This document shows, piece by piece, positions 20,350 through 31,200 of a stretch of DNA of 64,000 bases. The DNA lies in the sequence record OL744216.1. One strand, written 5' to 3'. The DNA comes from Enterobacter phage vB_ExiM_F4M1E. Under the pieces are notes generated by a model. That model saw only the letters and a program-made list of their open reading frames with translations, did no database searches and was not told the origin of the DNA. Position numbers and translations under genes: made by a program. Every line of letters starts with the position of its first letter. Positions within the stretch are counted from its first letter, which is position 1.

Positions 20350-21329
20350 TGCGAGCTATGGAGAGGACTTACACCCTGGTGATTGGTCGCCCGGTTATCA
20401 TTGGTGAAAAGCCTGTGAACATCGAGAAGTTTGCCAACACCAGTAAGGGCGATGCCTACGAGATCAAGGACCTTCATATTGATTTCAACATCAAGAAGGA
20501 CAACTCGAAGGAGCCTAACAAGGGCTACGTCACCGTGTTCAACTTGTCAGACGAGGTGGTCAACTACCTTTCTGTCAACCAGCGTGAATCTCTTGCTGTT
20601 ATGCTTCATGCTGGGTACAATGGGGACGAGAAGCTGATCTTCTCTGGTACGGTGGAGTACGTTGAGGATAACTTCCCGCAAGAGACCAGAGAGACCAAAT
20701 TCATCTTGGGAGACGGCACGTTGAATCTGACCACCGCCACCACGGCCCGTTCATATCGCAAAGGCACGTCACTGAACAGCGTCCTTAACGACCTGATCGC
20801 CGACCTGAAGTTGCCCAAAGGTCGTGTCATCGACTTTGGCAATCAAACACTTCAGACCTCTATGGCCTTCACCGGAACTGCATCACAAAACCTTGCCAAC
20901 TTGGCTAAGAATACCGGATCTACGTTCTCAGTGCAAGATGGTGCGGTATATTGGACCCGTGAAGGTTCTCGTTTCAACAACGTCATGTTCGAGATTTCAG
21001 AAGAGGGCGGCATGGTCGGGACACCAACCCCGAAACAGCCGTCGTCATCCAAGAAACTGATCAAGGCAAAGGCAAAAGAGAAGGCCGGGGAGAAGCCGAA
21101 AGCTCCTTCCAAGAAGCAGAAGGAGCATGACATCAAGGAGGATGTGGGTATGACTGTTTCCACCCTTCTTAATGGTGCCATCCTGCCTGAGTCCACTGTA
21201 TACCTGAATACCCGTTACCACAAGGGTTTTTACAAGGTTGCGGAACTTACCCACCGGGGCGGTTACGAAACCGGAGAATGGGTGACCGAACTGGGACTCG
21301 TCGAAACACGTGGCGAATTGATCAAATAA
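20349..21329 (+). CDS. baseplate hub protein (gpD/Mu gp44-like, putative)
   Basis: 326 aa located before the spike gene; Lys-rich linker KKLIKAKAKEKAGEKPKAPSKKQKE; position-based call. Confidence 0.45.
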   Translation: MRAMERTYTLVIGRPVIIGEKPVNIEKFANTSKGDAYEIKDLHIDFNIKKDNSKEPNKGYVTVFNLSDEVVNYLSVNQRESLAVMLHAGYNGDEKLIFSGTVEYVEDNFPQETRETKFILGDGTLNLTTATTARSYRKGTSLNSVLNDLIADLKLPKGRVIDFGNQTLQTSMAFTGTASQNLANLAKNTGSTFSVQDGAVYWTREGSRFNNVMFEISEEGGMVGTPTPKQPSSSKKLIKAKAKEKAGEKPKAPSKKQKEHDIKEDVGMTVSTLLNGAILPESTVYLNTRYHKGFYKVAELTHRGGYETGEWVTELGLVETRGELIK

Positions 21330-21338
21330 GGAGTTGAC

Positions 21339-22031
21339 GTGGCATACACAGATCGTTATGATGCTGCTTTCGGGATTTACATTTCCCGGTTCCTGCGTAA
21401 CAACGTCCACACGAATATCCGTGGGAAAGTGGTAGGGGTGAATTACAGTGTGCCATCAGTTGATGTCCAACCGATGGCCTACACAGAGTTCCCTTCTGGC
21501 ACGACGGACCGTTACCCGGTCATTTACGATGTCCCCGTCCTGTTGCCGTCCGGAGCAGGGGGAAAGGCCCGGCTTACAATGCCGATCAAGGCGGGGGATG
21601 TCGTCGGGTTGTCATTCTCAGAGAGGAACGAGGGTGACAACAACGACCAGAACACACACCAGCTATTTGCCGGGTGGGCCGTTACTCAGATCTTCACAGA
21701 TGGGAATGCTAAGGCCATTGATCCAAACAACGTTGTCTTGGAGAATGACAAGGCGATCGTGACATTGAAGCCCAATGGTGACACATCCCTAAAAAACCCG
21801 AAGGTCTCCGTGGAGGCTCTTGCAGATGGGAACGTGAAGATCAACAACGGTTCAGGCAATTTCGTGATGGACCCTTCAGGATTGGTTACTGTGAACGGTG
21901 CCCGGATTACGCCCGCCGGGCGAGTAATCACCAAGAACGGCATCGATCTCGATTCTTTCTATCAGGAATACACGTCACACACCCACGGTGGTGTTGAGCG
22001 CGGTGGTTCCAACACCAACCCGCCGAACTAA
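21339..22031 (+). CDS. baseplate spike protein (gpV-like)
   Basis: 230 aa with a C-terminal HTHG(G) apex-like His motif, as seen in gpV/gp5-type spikes; sits between the hub and gpW-like genes. Confidence 0.5.
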   Translation: MAYTDRYDAAFGIYISRFLRNNVHTNIRGKVVGVNYSVPSVDVQPMAYTEFPSGTTDRYPVIYDVPVLLPSGAGGKARLTMPIKAGDVVGLSFSERNEGDNNDQNTHQLFAGWAVTQIFTDGNAKAIDPNNVVLENDKAIVTLKPNGDTSLKNPKVSVEALADGNVKINNGSGNFVMDPSGLVTVNGARITPAGRVITKNGIDLDSFYQEYTSHTHGGVERGGSNTNPPN

Positions 22032-22039
22032 GGAGAAAC

Positions 22040-22573
22040 ATGGCTACTCAGTTCAAAGACCTGCTCCTCGATCCCCTTACGGGGGATCTGGACTTCGGCA
22101 CCCCGGGTGACCGGGGGATGAGACTGGCCCTTACCAACCAGTTGTCCCTGCGCCAGCGTCTCTATCTCCGATTCGCTATTTGGTCAGGTGACTGGTACTT
22201 CGATGAGACCTTTGGTTTCCCTTATCGAACTTTCGTGGGGAAGAAAACCGTCAAAGCTGTTCTCGACGGCAGGATCAAATCAGAGGTACGGCAAGAGCCT
22301 GACGTTCTTCAGATCACAGACTTCCAATCCACGATGGACGTTGTGGCCCGTTCTTACAAATGCTTCTTCACAGTCGTCACAGCCGAAGGTGAAGAGATCA
22401 ACCTAGCGTTTGTTGGTGAGGACGAGTACCAATATCCTACACCACCGGAGAGCAACGTGCAACTCTGTGGTGACGAGGGAGTCATCATCAACTTCAAGAA
22501 CAAATTGTATTACCTCATCAACTTCCGCCTGCCTAAATATGGCGACAGTACATGGGTCAATACTTGGAAATGA
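22040..22573 (+). CDS. baseplate wedge protein (gpW/gp25-like, putative)
   Basis: 177 aa in the order V-W-J-I; no sequence motif recognised; call rests on position and size. Confidence 0.45.
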   Translation: MATQFKDLLLDPLTGDLDFGTPGDRGMRLALTNQLSLRQRLYLRFAIWSGDWYFDETFGFPYRTFVGKKTVKAVLDGRIKSEVRQEPDVLQITDFQSTMDVVARSYKCFFTVVTAEGEEINLAFVGEDEYQYPTPPESNVQLCGDEGVIINFKNKLYYLINFRLPKYGDSTWVNTWK

Positions 22574-22574
22574 C

Positions 22575-22604
22575 AAAGGGAGCCTCTGGCTCCCTTTTCT
22601 TTTA
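22575..22604 (+). terminator. rho-independent terminator
   Basis: AAGGGAGCC-tct-GGCTCCCTT followed by ttctttt. Confidence 0.7.
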
Positions 22605-22662
22605 ATTCTCAGTGGAATATGATAAAATACGCTTATCGCCTAATTTAAGCGCAGGAGGAGTA

Positions 22663-24147
22663 ATGGCGGAGAATTACGGTTTGACAGGCAGCGGATTTAA
22701 CCTCCCGCCGATGGATGACCTTGTTCAGGAAACGAAGAAGACTTTCAAGTCCGCCTTTGGTGAAGATTTCAACACCGAGAGCAACTCCGTTGCCGACAAG
22801 CTGATTCAGATTTTTAACGAGCGAGAGTATCAACTCTGGCTTTTGATGGGGTCTGTTTACTACGCCCAGACCATGCAGGGTGCAGAAGGCATCTACCTGG
22901 ATGACCTTTTGGGCAAGCGCGGTATCTACCGCCTCGGAAAGACCCGCAGTACAGGGTCCGTCGTAATGACGATCGACTCTTCAGTACCGTACAACATGAT
23001 TTACTCTGCCTCCACCTACACGATCGATACCGATTATGAACTGTCTTCTGACGTTCAGGTGGCAGGTAACATTGTGGCCCAGCTTATCAAGGGCACTGAC
23101 CTGACAGTTGGGACTTACCGACTTCAGATCCAGAACACAACAGACCAGTCTGTAAAGACTCTCTCTCTGAACCTGACAGCGACATCTGGTCAGCCCCTGA
23201 TGACATTCTTCGGGCAAATCAAGGACTTCATCGTCAACAATACGATTCTGTCCAACCAAGATCGCATCTGGATCGACTCCACAGAGGGCGCTATCTACAT
23301 CGGTTATGATACTAACAAGAACATGATCGGCTTGTCAAGTCGCGTGGACTTCCGTACAAACCCGATGGCAGGCACAAGAAGCATCTCTATAGACGTCCGC
23401 TCTATCGAGCCTGGGTACATCTCCCGTGACGTTCACTCTGTCCGCAGCATCAACCCAACCCCGGGCGGATTTGTTGACATTGACAACCTGACGGCCTTCA
23501 TTGATGGCTCCGATGTTGAATCTGACAACGAGTACCGCATCCGCGCCACTCAGTCAATCAATGAGGGGAAAGCCACCCGCCCAGCGATCCTTGCAGCACT
23601 GCTGAATAAGGTGGAAGGGATCGAAAAGGTCAGGATCTTCAATAACAACACGGACAAGACCAACAGCCTTGGAATCCCTCCTTACCGATTCATGACTGTA
23701 TGCTATGGTGGCGGAACCGCAGAGATTAGTCAAGTCCTTTATGACACGATCGCCGCATCCAACAACACCTATGGCGATACCTTCTACGACATCACGACGG
23801 AAGACGACCAAGTGGAGCGTATTTGGCACACTAAGGCCACGGCCCGCCAGTTGGCTATCCGGGTTCGCTACCGTGGTCGCCCATTGTCTGTTACGGAAGA
23901 GACTGCAATCGCAAATGGATTGGCAACAGCCGTTAACGGAACGATGATTGCCGGGACGCTGTATAACGTCCGTTTGGTTGGTACGGTAATGAGTTCAACC
24001 TCCCCAGATCGATTCACCCAAGTGTTTGTGGACATCAAGAACAAAGGGCAACCAGACTCAGCCTACGTCAACACTGACGTTACGGCGGGAACCACCCAAG
24101 TGTTCTCCCTCGAACCCGAAGACGTGATCTTCAGCCAGATCGTATAA
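22663..24147 (+). CDS. baseplate protein J-like (putative)
   Basis: 494 aa; start chosen at MAENYG after AGGAGGAG (the track ORF begins at 22612); follows the W-like gene. Confidence 0.5.
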   Translation: MAENYGLTGSGFNLPPMDDLVQETKKTFKSAFGEDFNTESNSVADKLIQIFNEREYQLWLLMGSVYYAQTMQGAEGIYLDDLLGKRGIYRLGKTRSTGSVVMTIDSSVPYNMIYSASTYTIDTDYELSSDVQVAGNIVAQLIKGTDLTVGTYRLQIQNTTDQSVKTLSLNLTATSGQPLMTFFGQIKDFIVNNTILSNQDRIWIDSTEGAIYIGYDTNKNMIGLSSRVDFRTNPMAGTRSISIDVRSIEPGYISRDVHSVRSINPTPGGFVDIDNLTAFIDGSDVESDNEYRIRATQSINEGKATRPAILAALLNKVEGIEKVRIFNNNTDKTNSLGIPPYRFMTVCYGGGTAEISQVLYDTIAASNNTYGDTFYDITTEDDQVERIWHTKATARQLAIRVRYRGRPLSVTEETAIANGLATAVNGTMIAGTLYNVRLVGTVMSSTSPDRFTQVFVDIKNKGQPDSAYVNTDVTAGTTQVFSLEPEDVIFSQIV

Positions 24148-24156
24148 GGAGTTAAA

Positions 24157-24801
24157 ATGGCAGAGGAAGTTGTACTGAAGGATGTTAACCACATCCACCC
24201 TCTGCCGGATTTCGTGGAAGGGGGTTTCAATTATATCCCTTCCGATATCTTCAAGGACAAAGAGAACTTCGAGACAACCCTCCGAATCTTGCTCGAACGC
24301 CTTGAATTTATCGACCAAAAGATGGTTGAGCTTGCAGAGTTGCGTACCACTCTCAACGCAGAAGACGCCATCCTCGACGAAATCGGCAGACAGTTGGGCA
24401 TCTACCGGAACGGCCTGAATGACCCCGAATACCGCGCTGTGATCATGATCCTGACCGGGAACAACTCCAAGAGTGGAACCCGTTCTGAAATCATTGCAAC
24501 CCTGAAACAACTCTTCGGGGAAGATGGTGTAACAACCTACAAAGGCTACAACTACCGTCTTGATATTAACATTTTCAACACGTGTATGGAAGTCTCTGAC
24601 ATTCTCCCTGAGATTATCGACATGTTGCCTCTGGTGACCCATCTTCGCGTGGTTGAGAACCAAGGATACCCCTTCGGTTTCAATGGTGATGCTCAGGCAT
24701 TTGGTTTCGCATCGGTCTATGACTCGGAGCGTACCGGGGCAGGTGGTATGTCCACCCTAATTTATGTATCGGACGACGAGGAAGACTGGTCGTTCACGTG
24801 A
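24157..24801 (+). CDS. baseplate/tail protein I-like (putative)
   Basis: 214 aa between the J-like gene and the tail fibre. Confidence 0.4.
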   Translation: MAEEVVLKDVNHIHPLPDFVEGGFNYIPSDIFKDKENFETTLRILLERLEFIDQKMVELAELRTTLNAEDAILDEIGRQLGIYRNGLNDPEYRAVIMILTGNNSKSGTRSEIIATLKQLFGEDGVTTYKGYNYRLDINIFNTCMEVSDILPEIIDMLPLVTHLRVVENQGYPFGFNGDAQAFGFASVYDSERTGAGGMSTLIYVSDDEEDWSFT

Positions 24802-24811
24802 GGAGATTTTC

Positions 24812-26575
24812 ATGGCTAAACCAAAGGACCCTATTTACGTTTGGGCCGCTGCTGACGTAAACCTTCCAGGCACGGGTCGTCCTAACAAATCAAAGCCTAT
24901 TGACGACTTGCTCGCCAAAGGTTATGATAAAGGGCAAAAGCCAGCGGCAGAAGAGTTCAACTATATTCTGAACATGTCCTCTGCGTGGGTAGCTTGGATC
25001 GTTAACGAAAAGTTCCCGGAACTGGAAGCAGAAATTGCCCGTCTTCTGGCTGAACTGGAAGCCCGGATCAATCAGCAGTTGGATGTTATCCGTCAGGATA
25101 TTGCAAAGGTCAAGCAGGACCTTGCGGACCTGAAGCGTTACGTTGACCAACAGGTGGCCTTGCTGAAGCAAGAGATCCAAGGTGTTCGTAACGATCTCAA
25201 CAAGCTGCGTCAAGATTTTGATGCTGCCATCGCGCAGGTTAATGGTCGTATTGATGACCTCGAACCTCGTCTCGTGCCAATTGGTGCAGTAATCCCTTGG
25301 CCCGGTGCCACACCGCCGAACGGCTGGTTGGAATGTAACGGTCAGGTATTCAACACAGGAACAAACCCTAAACTCTACGGCGTTCTTGGACGAAATACCG
25401 TACCTGATTACCGTGGCCTGTTCCTGCGTGGATGGGCACATGGTTCTGGTGCTAACGATCCTGATGCTGGACGTGCTCTCGGCTCTGTTCAGGGGGACGC
25501 AATCCGAAACATCACGGGTTACTTCCCTGCGGATATCGGTCAGTCCGGGTGGATCGGTCGTTACGTCGGCGGTGCTTTCCGTGATGATGGTGGGCTGACC
25601 TCTGGTGACCAAGGTTCCCGTTCCAACGAAGTGCGTAAGTATAGCTTCGACGCTTCTCGTGAAGTCCCGGTAGCTGCTGAAAACCGTCCGAAGAACATCG
25701 CAGTGATGTACATCATCAAGACGGACCAAGCTCAGTCTTCCGGTGGTAACTCCCCGACAGCGATCGTGGTATCTCCTGACACAATCACCAACCGTGTTGG
25801 ATACACCGTCAAGGCGACAGCCAGTGTACTTCCTTCTTCCATTGCAGGTCAATACCCTGTATCATGGGCAACCCAGAACGCCTCTGTGGCGACGGTTGAC
25901 GGATCTGGTAACATCCGCCTTGTTGGGCCGGGTGAAACCAACATCATCGCTTCCATCTCAACCGGGATGAACGTGGCGATTCGTGTGACGAGCTACTCTG
26001 TACTGACCAGCATCTCCATTGCTGATCCGGGACAGATTCAGGTCGGTGATTCCAAGATGCTCGTGGTTACTAAAAACCCGGGTTCTGCAAACGAACCACT
26101 GCAATACCTGTCCAACAACTCAGGTGTGGCAACGGTTAACGATGCAGGTTACGTAACTGGTGTCAGTGCTGGTTCTGCGACCATCACGGTACGAGGTACG
26201 CTATCTGGAGTCTCCAGCACTCGTGCAGTAACGATTATCCCAGAGGTTGTCGCTCAGACTATCGAAGACGTTCGCCTCGGTGTTGAGCAGCAAACACCTC
26301 ATAACGGCGATAATTACACGACTCCGCTATCTGGAGTCTCCAGCACTCGTGCAGTAACGATTATCCCAGAGGTTGTCGCTCAGACTATCGAAGACGTTCG
26401 CCTCGGTGTTGAGCAGCAAACACCTCATAACGGCGATAATTACACGACTCCGGTCCGCGCCCCTGCGGGTTGTGCGATCACCGGGATGATGTCAATCGGC
26501 TTGGGTCTGGATTACGGTTACTATAAAGCCATCCAGAAGAAAGTCAATGGCGTGTGGGTAACAGTCGAGGGATAA
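24812..26575 (+). CDS. tail fibre protein (coiled-coil N-terminus, collar domain, Big_2 Ig-like domains)
   Basis: Start at MAKPKD after GAGGAG. Collar-type motif PWPGATPPNGWLECNGQ...YRGLFLRGW. Two Big_2-like segments (VKATASVLP...; ISIADPGQIQVGDSKMLVV...). Contains an exact 42-aa tandem duplication. Confidence 0.8.
   Translation: MAKPKDPIYVWAAADVNLPGTGRPNKSKPIDDLLAKGYDKGQKPAAEEFNYILNMSSAWVAWIVNEKFPELEAEIARLLAELEARINQQLDVIRQDIAKVKQDLADLKRYVDQQVALLKQEIQGVRNDLNKLRQDFDAAIAQVNGRIDDLEPRLVPIGAVIPWPGATPPNGWLECNGQVFNTGTNPKLYGVLGRNTVPDYRGLFLRGWAHGSGANDPDAGRALGSVQGDAIRNITGYFPADIGQSGWIGRYVGGAFRDDGGLTSGDQGSRSNEVRKYSFDASREVPVAAENRPKNIAVMYIIKTDQAQSSGGNSPTAIVVSPDTITNRVGYTVKATASVLPSSIAGQYPVSWATQNASVATVDGSGNIRLVGPGETNIIASISTGMNVAIRVTSYSVLTSISIADPGQIQVGDSKMLVVTKNPGSANEPLQYLSNNSGVATVNDAGYVTGVSAGSATITVRGTLSGVSSTRAVTIIPEVVAQTIEDVRLGVEQQTPHNGDNYTTPLSGVSSTRAVTIIPEVVAQTIEDVRLGVEQQTPHNGDNYTTPVRAPAGCAITGMMSIGLGLDYGYYKAIQKKVNGVWVTVEG
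26201..26452 (+). repeat. perfect tandem direct repeat 2 x 126 bp inside tail fibre gene
   Basis: 26201-26326 is identical to 26327-26452 (ctatctggagtctccagcactcgtgcag...acgactccg); encodes LSGVSSTRAVTIIPEVVAQTIEDVRLGVEQQTPHNGDNYTTP twice, in frame. Confidence 0.95.
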
Positions 26576-26577
26576 TT

Positions 26578-27090
26578 ATGCGGATGAACAACTTTGTAAC
26601 ATACACCCCGGAGGTGAAAGCCTTTGGGGAGGGTGTCCAGTATTTTCAGGATGACAAGGGCCGAGACTTTTACGACTCTCGTGAACTTTTCAAAAAGAAA
26701 TACGTGGTATTCTTCGATGATCACGGGGTCATTCGTGGTTGGGCGAAGAGGGATGAGGTAACTCGCCTACATCCGGGAGGTCTTTCTGTGGTGGATATCA
26801 ACGCCCTTCCGAAAGACTTTTCCTTGGAGAGCACGTGGATCTTCAATGGCAAACAGATTGTTAAGGCAGATTTAGACCCTGCCTTTACAACCAAGGCAAG
26901 GAAGGCTGGCATTCTAAGGGTCCTCAACCCGATGATTGTTCCCCTGCAAGATGCTGTTGAAATGGGGGATGCTACGGAAGAGGAGATTGAGAAATACAAT
27001 ACCCTCCGTAAGCTCCGTGTCAAACTAAATCGGATCTCTGATGACACGCCCCCGGGTGATGTTGATTGGTCTGAGTTCACCGCTGCATAA
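26578..27090 (+). CDS. tail fibre assembly protein (Tfa-like, putative)
   Basis: 171 aa immediately downstream of the fibre gene (RBS GAGGGA). The Tfa position is typical; sequence support is weak. Confidence 0.4.
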   Translation: MRMNNFVTYTPEVKAFGEGVQYFQDDKGRDFYDSRELFKKKYVVFFDDHGVIRGWAKRDEVTRLHPGGLSVVDINALPKDFSLESTWIFNGKQIVKADLDPAFTTKARKAGILRVLNPMIVPLQDAVEMGDATEEEIEKYNTLRKLRVKLNRISDDTPPGDVDWSEFTAA

Positions 27091-27131
27091 CCTTTAGGCC
27101 GGGCGCTTTGCCCGGCCCCAGGAGAACACAC

Positions 27132-27470
27132 ATGGCTCTTGATATTATGTTGATTCTGAAGTCTCTTTGGGGTTTGGTGACTTTCCTATTGTTGGGGGTA
27201 CTCAAAATCTTTTACTCTGACTTCAAGAAAATGCAGGAGAAGCAGGACGCTCTTGAAAAAGATCTGATCCGGCTTCGGGGTGATATGGTTAGCAAAGATA
27301 GTATTGATGACATTCTGGATCGTAAGATCAAGCATATCACCGACACTATCAGCGATATCCGTGGAGACATTACGGATATGCGGAGAGAAGCCAAAGAAGA
27401 GACCAATGCTCTTCAAAAGGACATCCGCTCTGTTCTCAACGTCATGCTGGAGAGCCGTCGCAACAAATGA
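27132..27470 (+). CDS. type-II membrane protein with long coiled coil (i-spanin-like or holin-associated)
   Basis: 112 aa: N-terminal TM segment LILKSLWGLVTFLLLGVLKIF followed by a heptad-rich coiled coil; preceded by a hairpin at 27096-27116; this region is AT-richer than its flanks. Confidence 0.45.
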   Translation: MALDIMLILKSLWGLVTFLLLGVLKIFYSDFKKMQEKQDALEKDLIRLRGDMVSKDSIDDILDRKIKHITDTISDIRGDITDMRREAKEETNALQKDIRSVLNVMLESRRNK

Positions 27471-27925
27471 TCACGTCCATTCTATTTGGACTCTGCTTCG
27501 TCATCCTGGCAACCCGCCCGGATGCCGGGGCCAAGATCATGGCGGGGCTATGCCTCGCCTATCTTGTTCTCGAAAACCTGATCTTTTGGTTTTTCAGCGG
27601 AGCCGAGTTCTTCGACATTACGCTGTACTTTACCACAGCTTGGGCATTGGATTCAATACTTTTATTCACCGTGGCACTCTTTGTCCGTGGTTATCGTCAG
27701 ATAGCCATTCTGGCAATGGCCTTGCCGCTCATGCTGGTACAAGTATTCGCAATCCAATACCCAATCTTATTTCCAGATTGGATTTATTCCTTCGCCGTAC
27801 AGGATGCACACAGGTACTTCATCGAGGTGTTTATCTTCGTCTATTCCTGGAAGGACAATACAGTGTCTGAGTGGCTCAGGACAGGAACGGTTCTGGCCCT
27901 TGTTATTGTTGCCCATCTGGTGTGA
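27467..27925 (+). CDS. polytopic membrane protein
   Basis: 152 aa with ~4 predicted TM helices; ATGA overlap with the upstream gene. Confidence 0.5.
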   Translation: MITSILFGLCFVILATRPDAGAKIMAGLCLAYLVLENLIFWFFSGAEFFDITLYFTTAWALDSILLFTVALFVRGYRQIAILAMALPLMLVQVFAIQYPILFPDWIYSFAVQDAHRYFIEVFIFVYSWKDNTVSEWLRTGTVLALVIVAHLV

Positions 27926-27948
27926 CGCATTGATAATGAAGGTGTTCT

Positions 27949-28212
27949 ATGCTAAAATTCTTCAAAGACCTCGTAACTTCCCCCATCGAACCCGACAAGG
28001 CTTCTCACACGAAGTTCTGGTCAAACGTGGGAATGGCGGCTATGACGGCAGTTTTCCTCTGGTACGGCTTTAACAACACCCTCCCGGAGTGGTATGTATG
28101 GGTCTATGCACCCACAGTAGTAGCACCTCACCTTCTGAGTGACCTCATCAATCTTCGTTGGGGAATTGCAAAGAAAGAAGTTGAAGTTTCCAAGAACGAA
28201 GATTCCAAATAA
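27949..28212 (+). CDS. small membrane protein (holin-like)
   Basis: 87 aa, two hydrophobic segments followed by a charged C-terminus (KKEVEVSKNEDSK). Confidence 0.4.
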   Translation: MLKFFKDLVTSPIEPDKASHTKFWSNVGMAAMTAVFLWYGFNNTLPEWYVWVYAPTVVAPHLLSDLINLRWGIAKKEVEVSKNEDSK

Positions 28213-28224
28213 GAGGAGATTCGC

Positions 28225-31200
28225 GTGTCATCCAATACCGATATCATTGCCCTGTTGAGCAGCGATGCCGACAAGGCAGTTGACCAGATCATTGAGGACT
28301 CCAAACGTCTTCACATCGTGGTCAACGGGACGGGCACCGAGCAGGCCGTCGCAGAGGATGGGAGCTTGCTCCCGTCTGTTCGCAAAGCACTGATCGATAA
28401 CCTGTACTTCAAAACTCCCCCGCTGCCTTGGCGTAATGGCGGGTCTGTCAACGAGTTCAATCAGCTTTACTCCTTCACGGATGTGAGCGGGAATACCACG
28501 TGGTGGTATGCGCCGGGCGCTACGGTCTCTAATCCTGTGGTTATGCGAGACAGCCCGATCAATGACGGCAAGTTCAAGGTGTTCTTGGATAAGACGAACA
28601 TTGCGGACATTTATGCGCCTTTGAACTCTCCTAACTTCGTTGGCAACCCCCGTGTCCCAACCCCGGCCCCGGGTGACAACACTAACACCATCCCAACTAC
28701 AGGATGGGTCCAGAGTGAGATGAAGGATCTTGAGGATCTGATCATTTCCTCTATGAAGGGCGAGTTCGAGAATATCACTGTCCGTAACGATGCGATCCTC
28801 CAGGACACTTACATCAACGGCGAGTTCATCGTCACAAGCCCTAAACTCTCTGCTGCGTCCACAGAGGCCACTTTCCACCGTATCCGTGTGGTTGGCACTG
28901 ACACGGCGACGGAGATTGCATTCGAGCAAAACAGCGCACCTCCTGCCGGGGCGAGCACAAAGACTAACATCAAACCGTACACGATGTCAACTGGTATTCT
29001 TACCCTTGACCAAATCAAAGGTAAAGCGGCCCAGATTGGTGATGTGGCAGTTGCTACGGATTCCCTGAACGTAGATGGTTACATGCGTGGTGACTATCTG
29101 CACTTGGAAGGTAACAACCGAAACACGACAGACCGACCTCAACTGATCGTGGATGGGATCGCCGAGATCGAGACTCTACGGGTGACCGGGACGATCGAGG
29201 GTGTAAAGGCTGACGTTGATGGCTTGGATATTCATCCTCGTAGTGCTATCATTGATGAAGGTCTTACTGTCGGTAAAGATACCTCCTTGGCAGGCAAACT
29301 GACGGTTGCTGGGACCACCAAGGTAAAAGACCTTGAGGTGACAGGAACCCTTACGGGTGTGGCTATCAGTGTTGATGGCAAAGACATCAAGCCTCGTTCT
29401 GTGAACACAGGGAACCTGGTTGCCACAGGTAACGTTCAGATCACCGGGACAACGACTGCTACCGGGAAGATCACCACGCAGGACTTGGAAGTCTTGGGGA
29501 CCCTGACTGCCAACTTGGACCTTTCCGGGTCTGACCTGACGGTTGATAACATGACTGTGGCCCAGACGGCGACAATCAAGGACCTGGTTGTTACTGGCAC
29601 AACTACCGGGGTCAAGGGGGATGTTAACGGTACAGACATTGCTCCGGCGAAAGTGGATGCAACAGGTCCGGTAACAGCGCCTTCTGTAACCACAACAGGT
29701 AACGTTACTGTTGGTAACGACTTGACGGTTGCTGGGACCTTCCGCCCGGCGTCTATCGACAGCCCCGGAGAGATCGAAGCTGGTAATTTTACCTCTAATG
29801 GTGACATCACCCAGACAACTGGGACTACCCGCCTTGTCAACCTGGTTGTTACCGGGACGACAACTGGCGTGACTGCGGATGTCAACGGTGACGATATTAC
29901 TCCACGATCAGTCACCACGACTGCGGGTGTTAATGTCGGAACGACCCTGAACGTAACTGGAAAGACTACCCTCGGGGACGTTGATTTCACTGGGACTGTG
30001 ACCGGGCTTGACTTGGATCTTTCTCAAAAGAACATTACGGTTAAGTCAATTGCGGCGGCCGATCCTTCTGCTTTTGGCAACGTCACCACTGACAATCTGA
30101 CCAACAGTGCCAAGATTACCACTCAGGACATTCAGGTCTTGGGCGATATTCTCGATGCAGACGGCAATCCTGTCAACACGTTTGACGTGACCGGGAAAGA
30201 TATTCTTCCGAACAGTGTTCAGTCTGCAACGTTTATTCGTGGCAAGACGTTGGATATCTCTGAAGGATCTACCCTTCGTGGCCCTGTTGAGTTCCGAAAC
30301 GGCCTGACTGTGACCTTGGGCGACATCATGTCCCCACAAGGTAAGGCAACGTTCAACGATGTTCAGGTGAATGGTGCGCTGACGGATGCAAACGGCAATG
30401 CCATCGGTTCTGTAGAGAGCATCAAGGGCAAGGACATTGAGCCTCGCTCTGTTGTGGCAACGGTGTCTGTACAGGCCCCTCGCCTGCAATCCACCGGGGA
30501 TGTCCTGGGTCTGAGCGCTACGATTACGGAAAACCTGGCGGCTGGATCACTGAATGTCAGCGGATTGTCCTCACTGCAAGAAACTCGTGTAAATGGTAAG
30601 TTGACGGGTCACGAAACTGAACTCGACACGCTGTTGTTGAAGCGTGTTGCTGGTCAAGACACCCCTCGCTTGGTTGTTCAAGGTGACTCTGATCTCCAAG
30701 GGGATCTGAATGTCTCTGGAACCATCACCGGGGTTATTGACTTGACGGCGCAAGACATTAACATGAACAGCCTCGGGCTGGCTCAGGGTCTTACTGCCGG
30801 GGGGAGTATTACTTCTTCCTCTACCGTGAAAGGCGTCAACGGTGTCTTTGGTGAAGGTTCAACGGCCCCTGGTGCCATCGGTCTTCAGTCCATGACTAAT
30901 GCGAAGGTTGCAACAGATCTTCTTGTTGGTGAAGACCTTCGTGTAGACGGTGACACAAACCTGCTTGGCAACTTGTCTGTGACAGGAACCATTACGGGGA
31001 ACATGGACTTCGCAGGTAAAACAATCGCTCCAGCAACGGTTAACGCGACTACGGTCACGGCTACTAACCTGACAGTCACTGGAACCATTGACCTGCCTGA
31101 CAGTCCTATCGTGGCTCAAGAAATTACCGCGACAAACGTCGAAGCAACTGGTAAAATGGTTGCAGGTAAGTATTCTACCACGCCAAAGACTGCCAATGCA

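Noticed and set aside
27280-27870. 196-aa + ORF overlapping the i-spanin-like gene as a possible embedded o-spanin
   Set aside because: No lipobox at a plausible position (LRIC has Arg at -2), no signal peptide, and a low-complexity translation; treated as an out-of-frame shadow.
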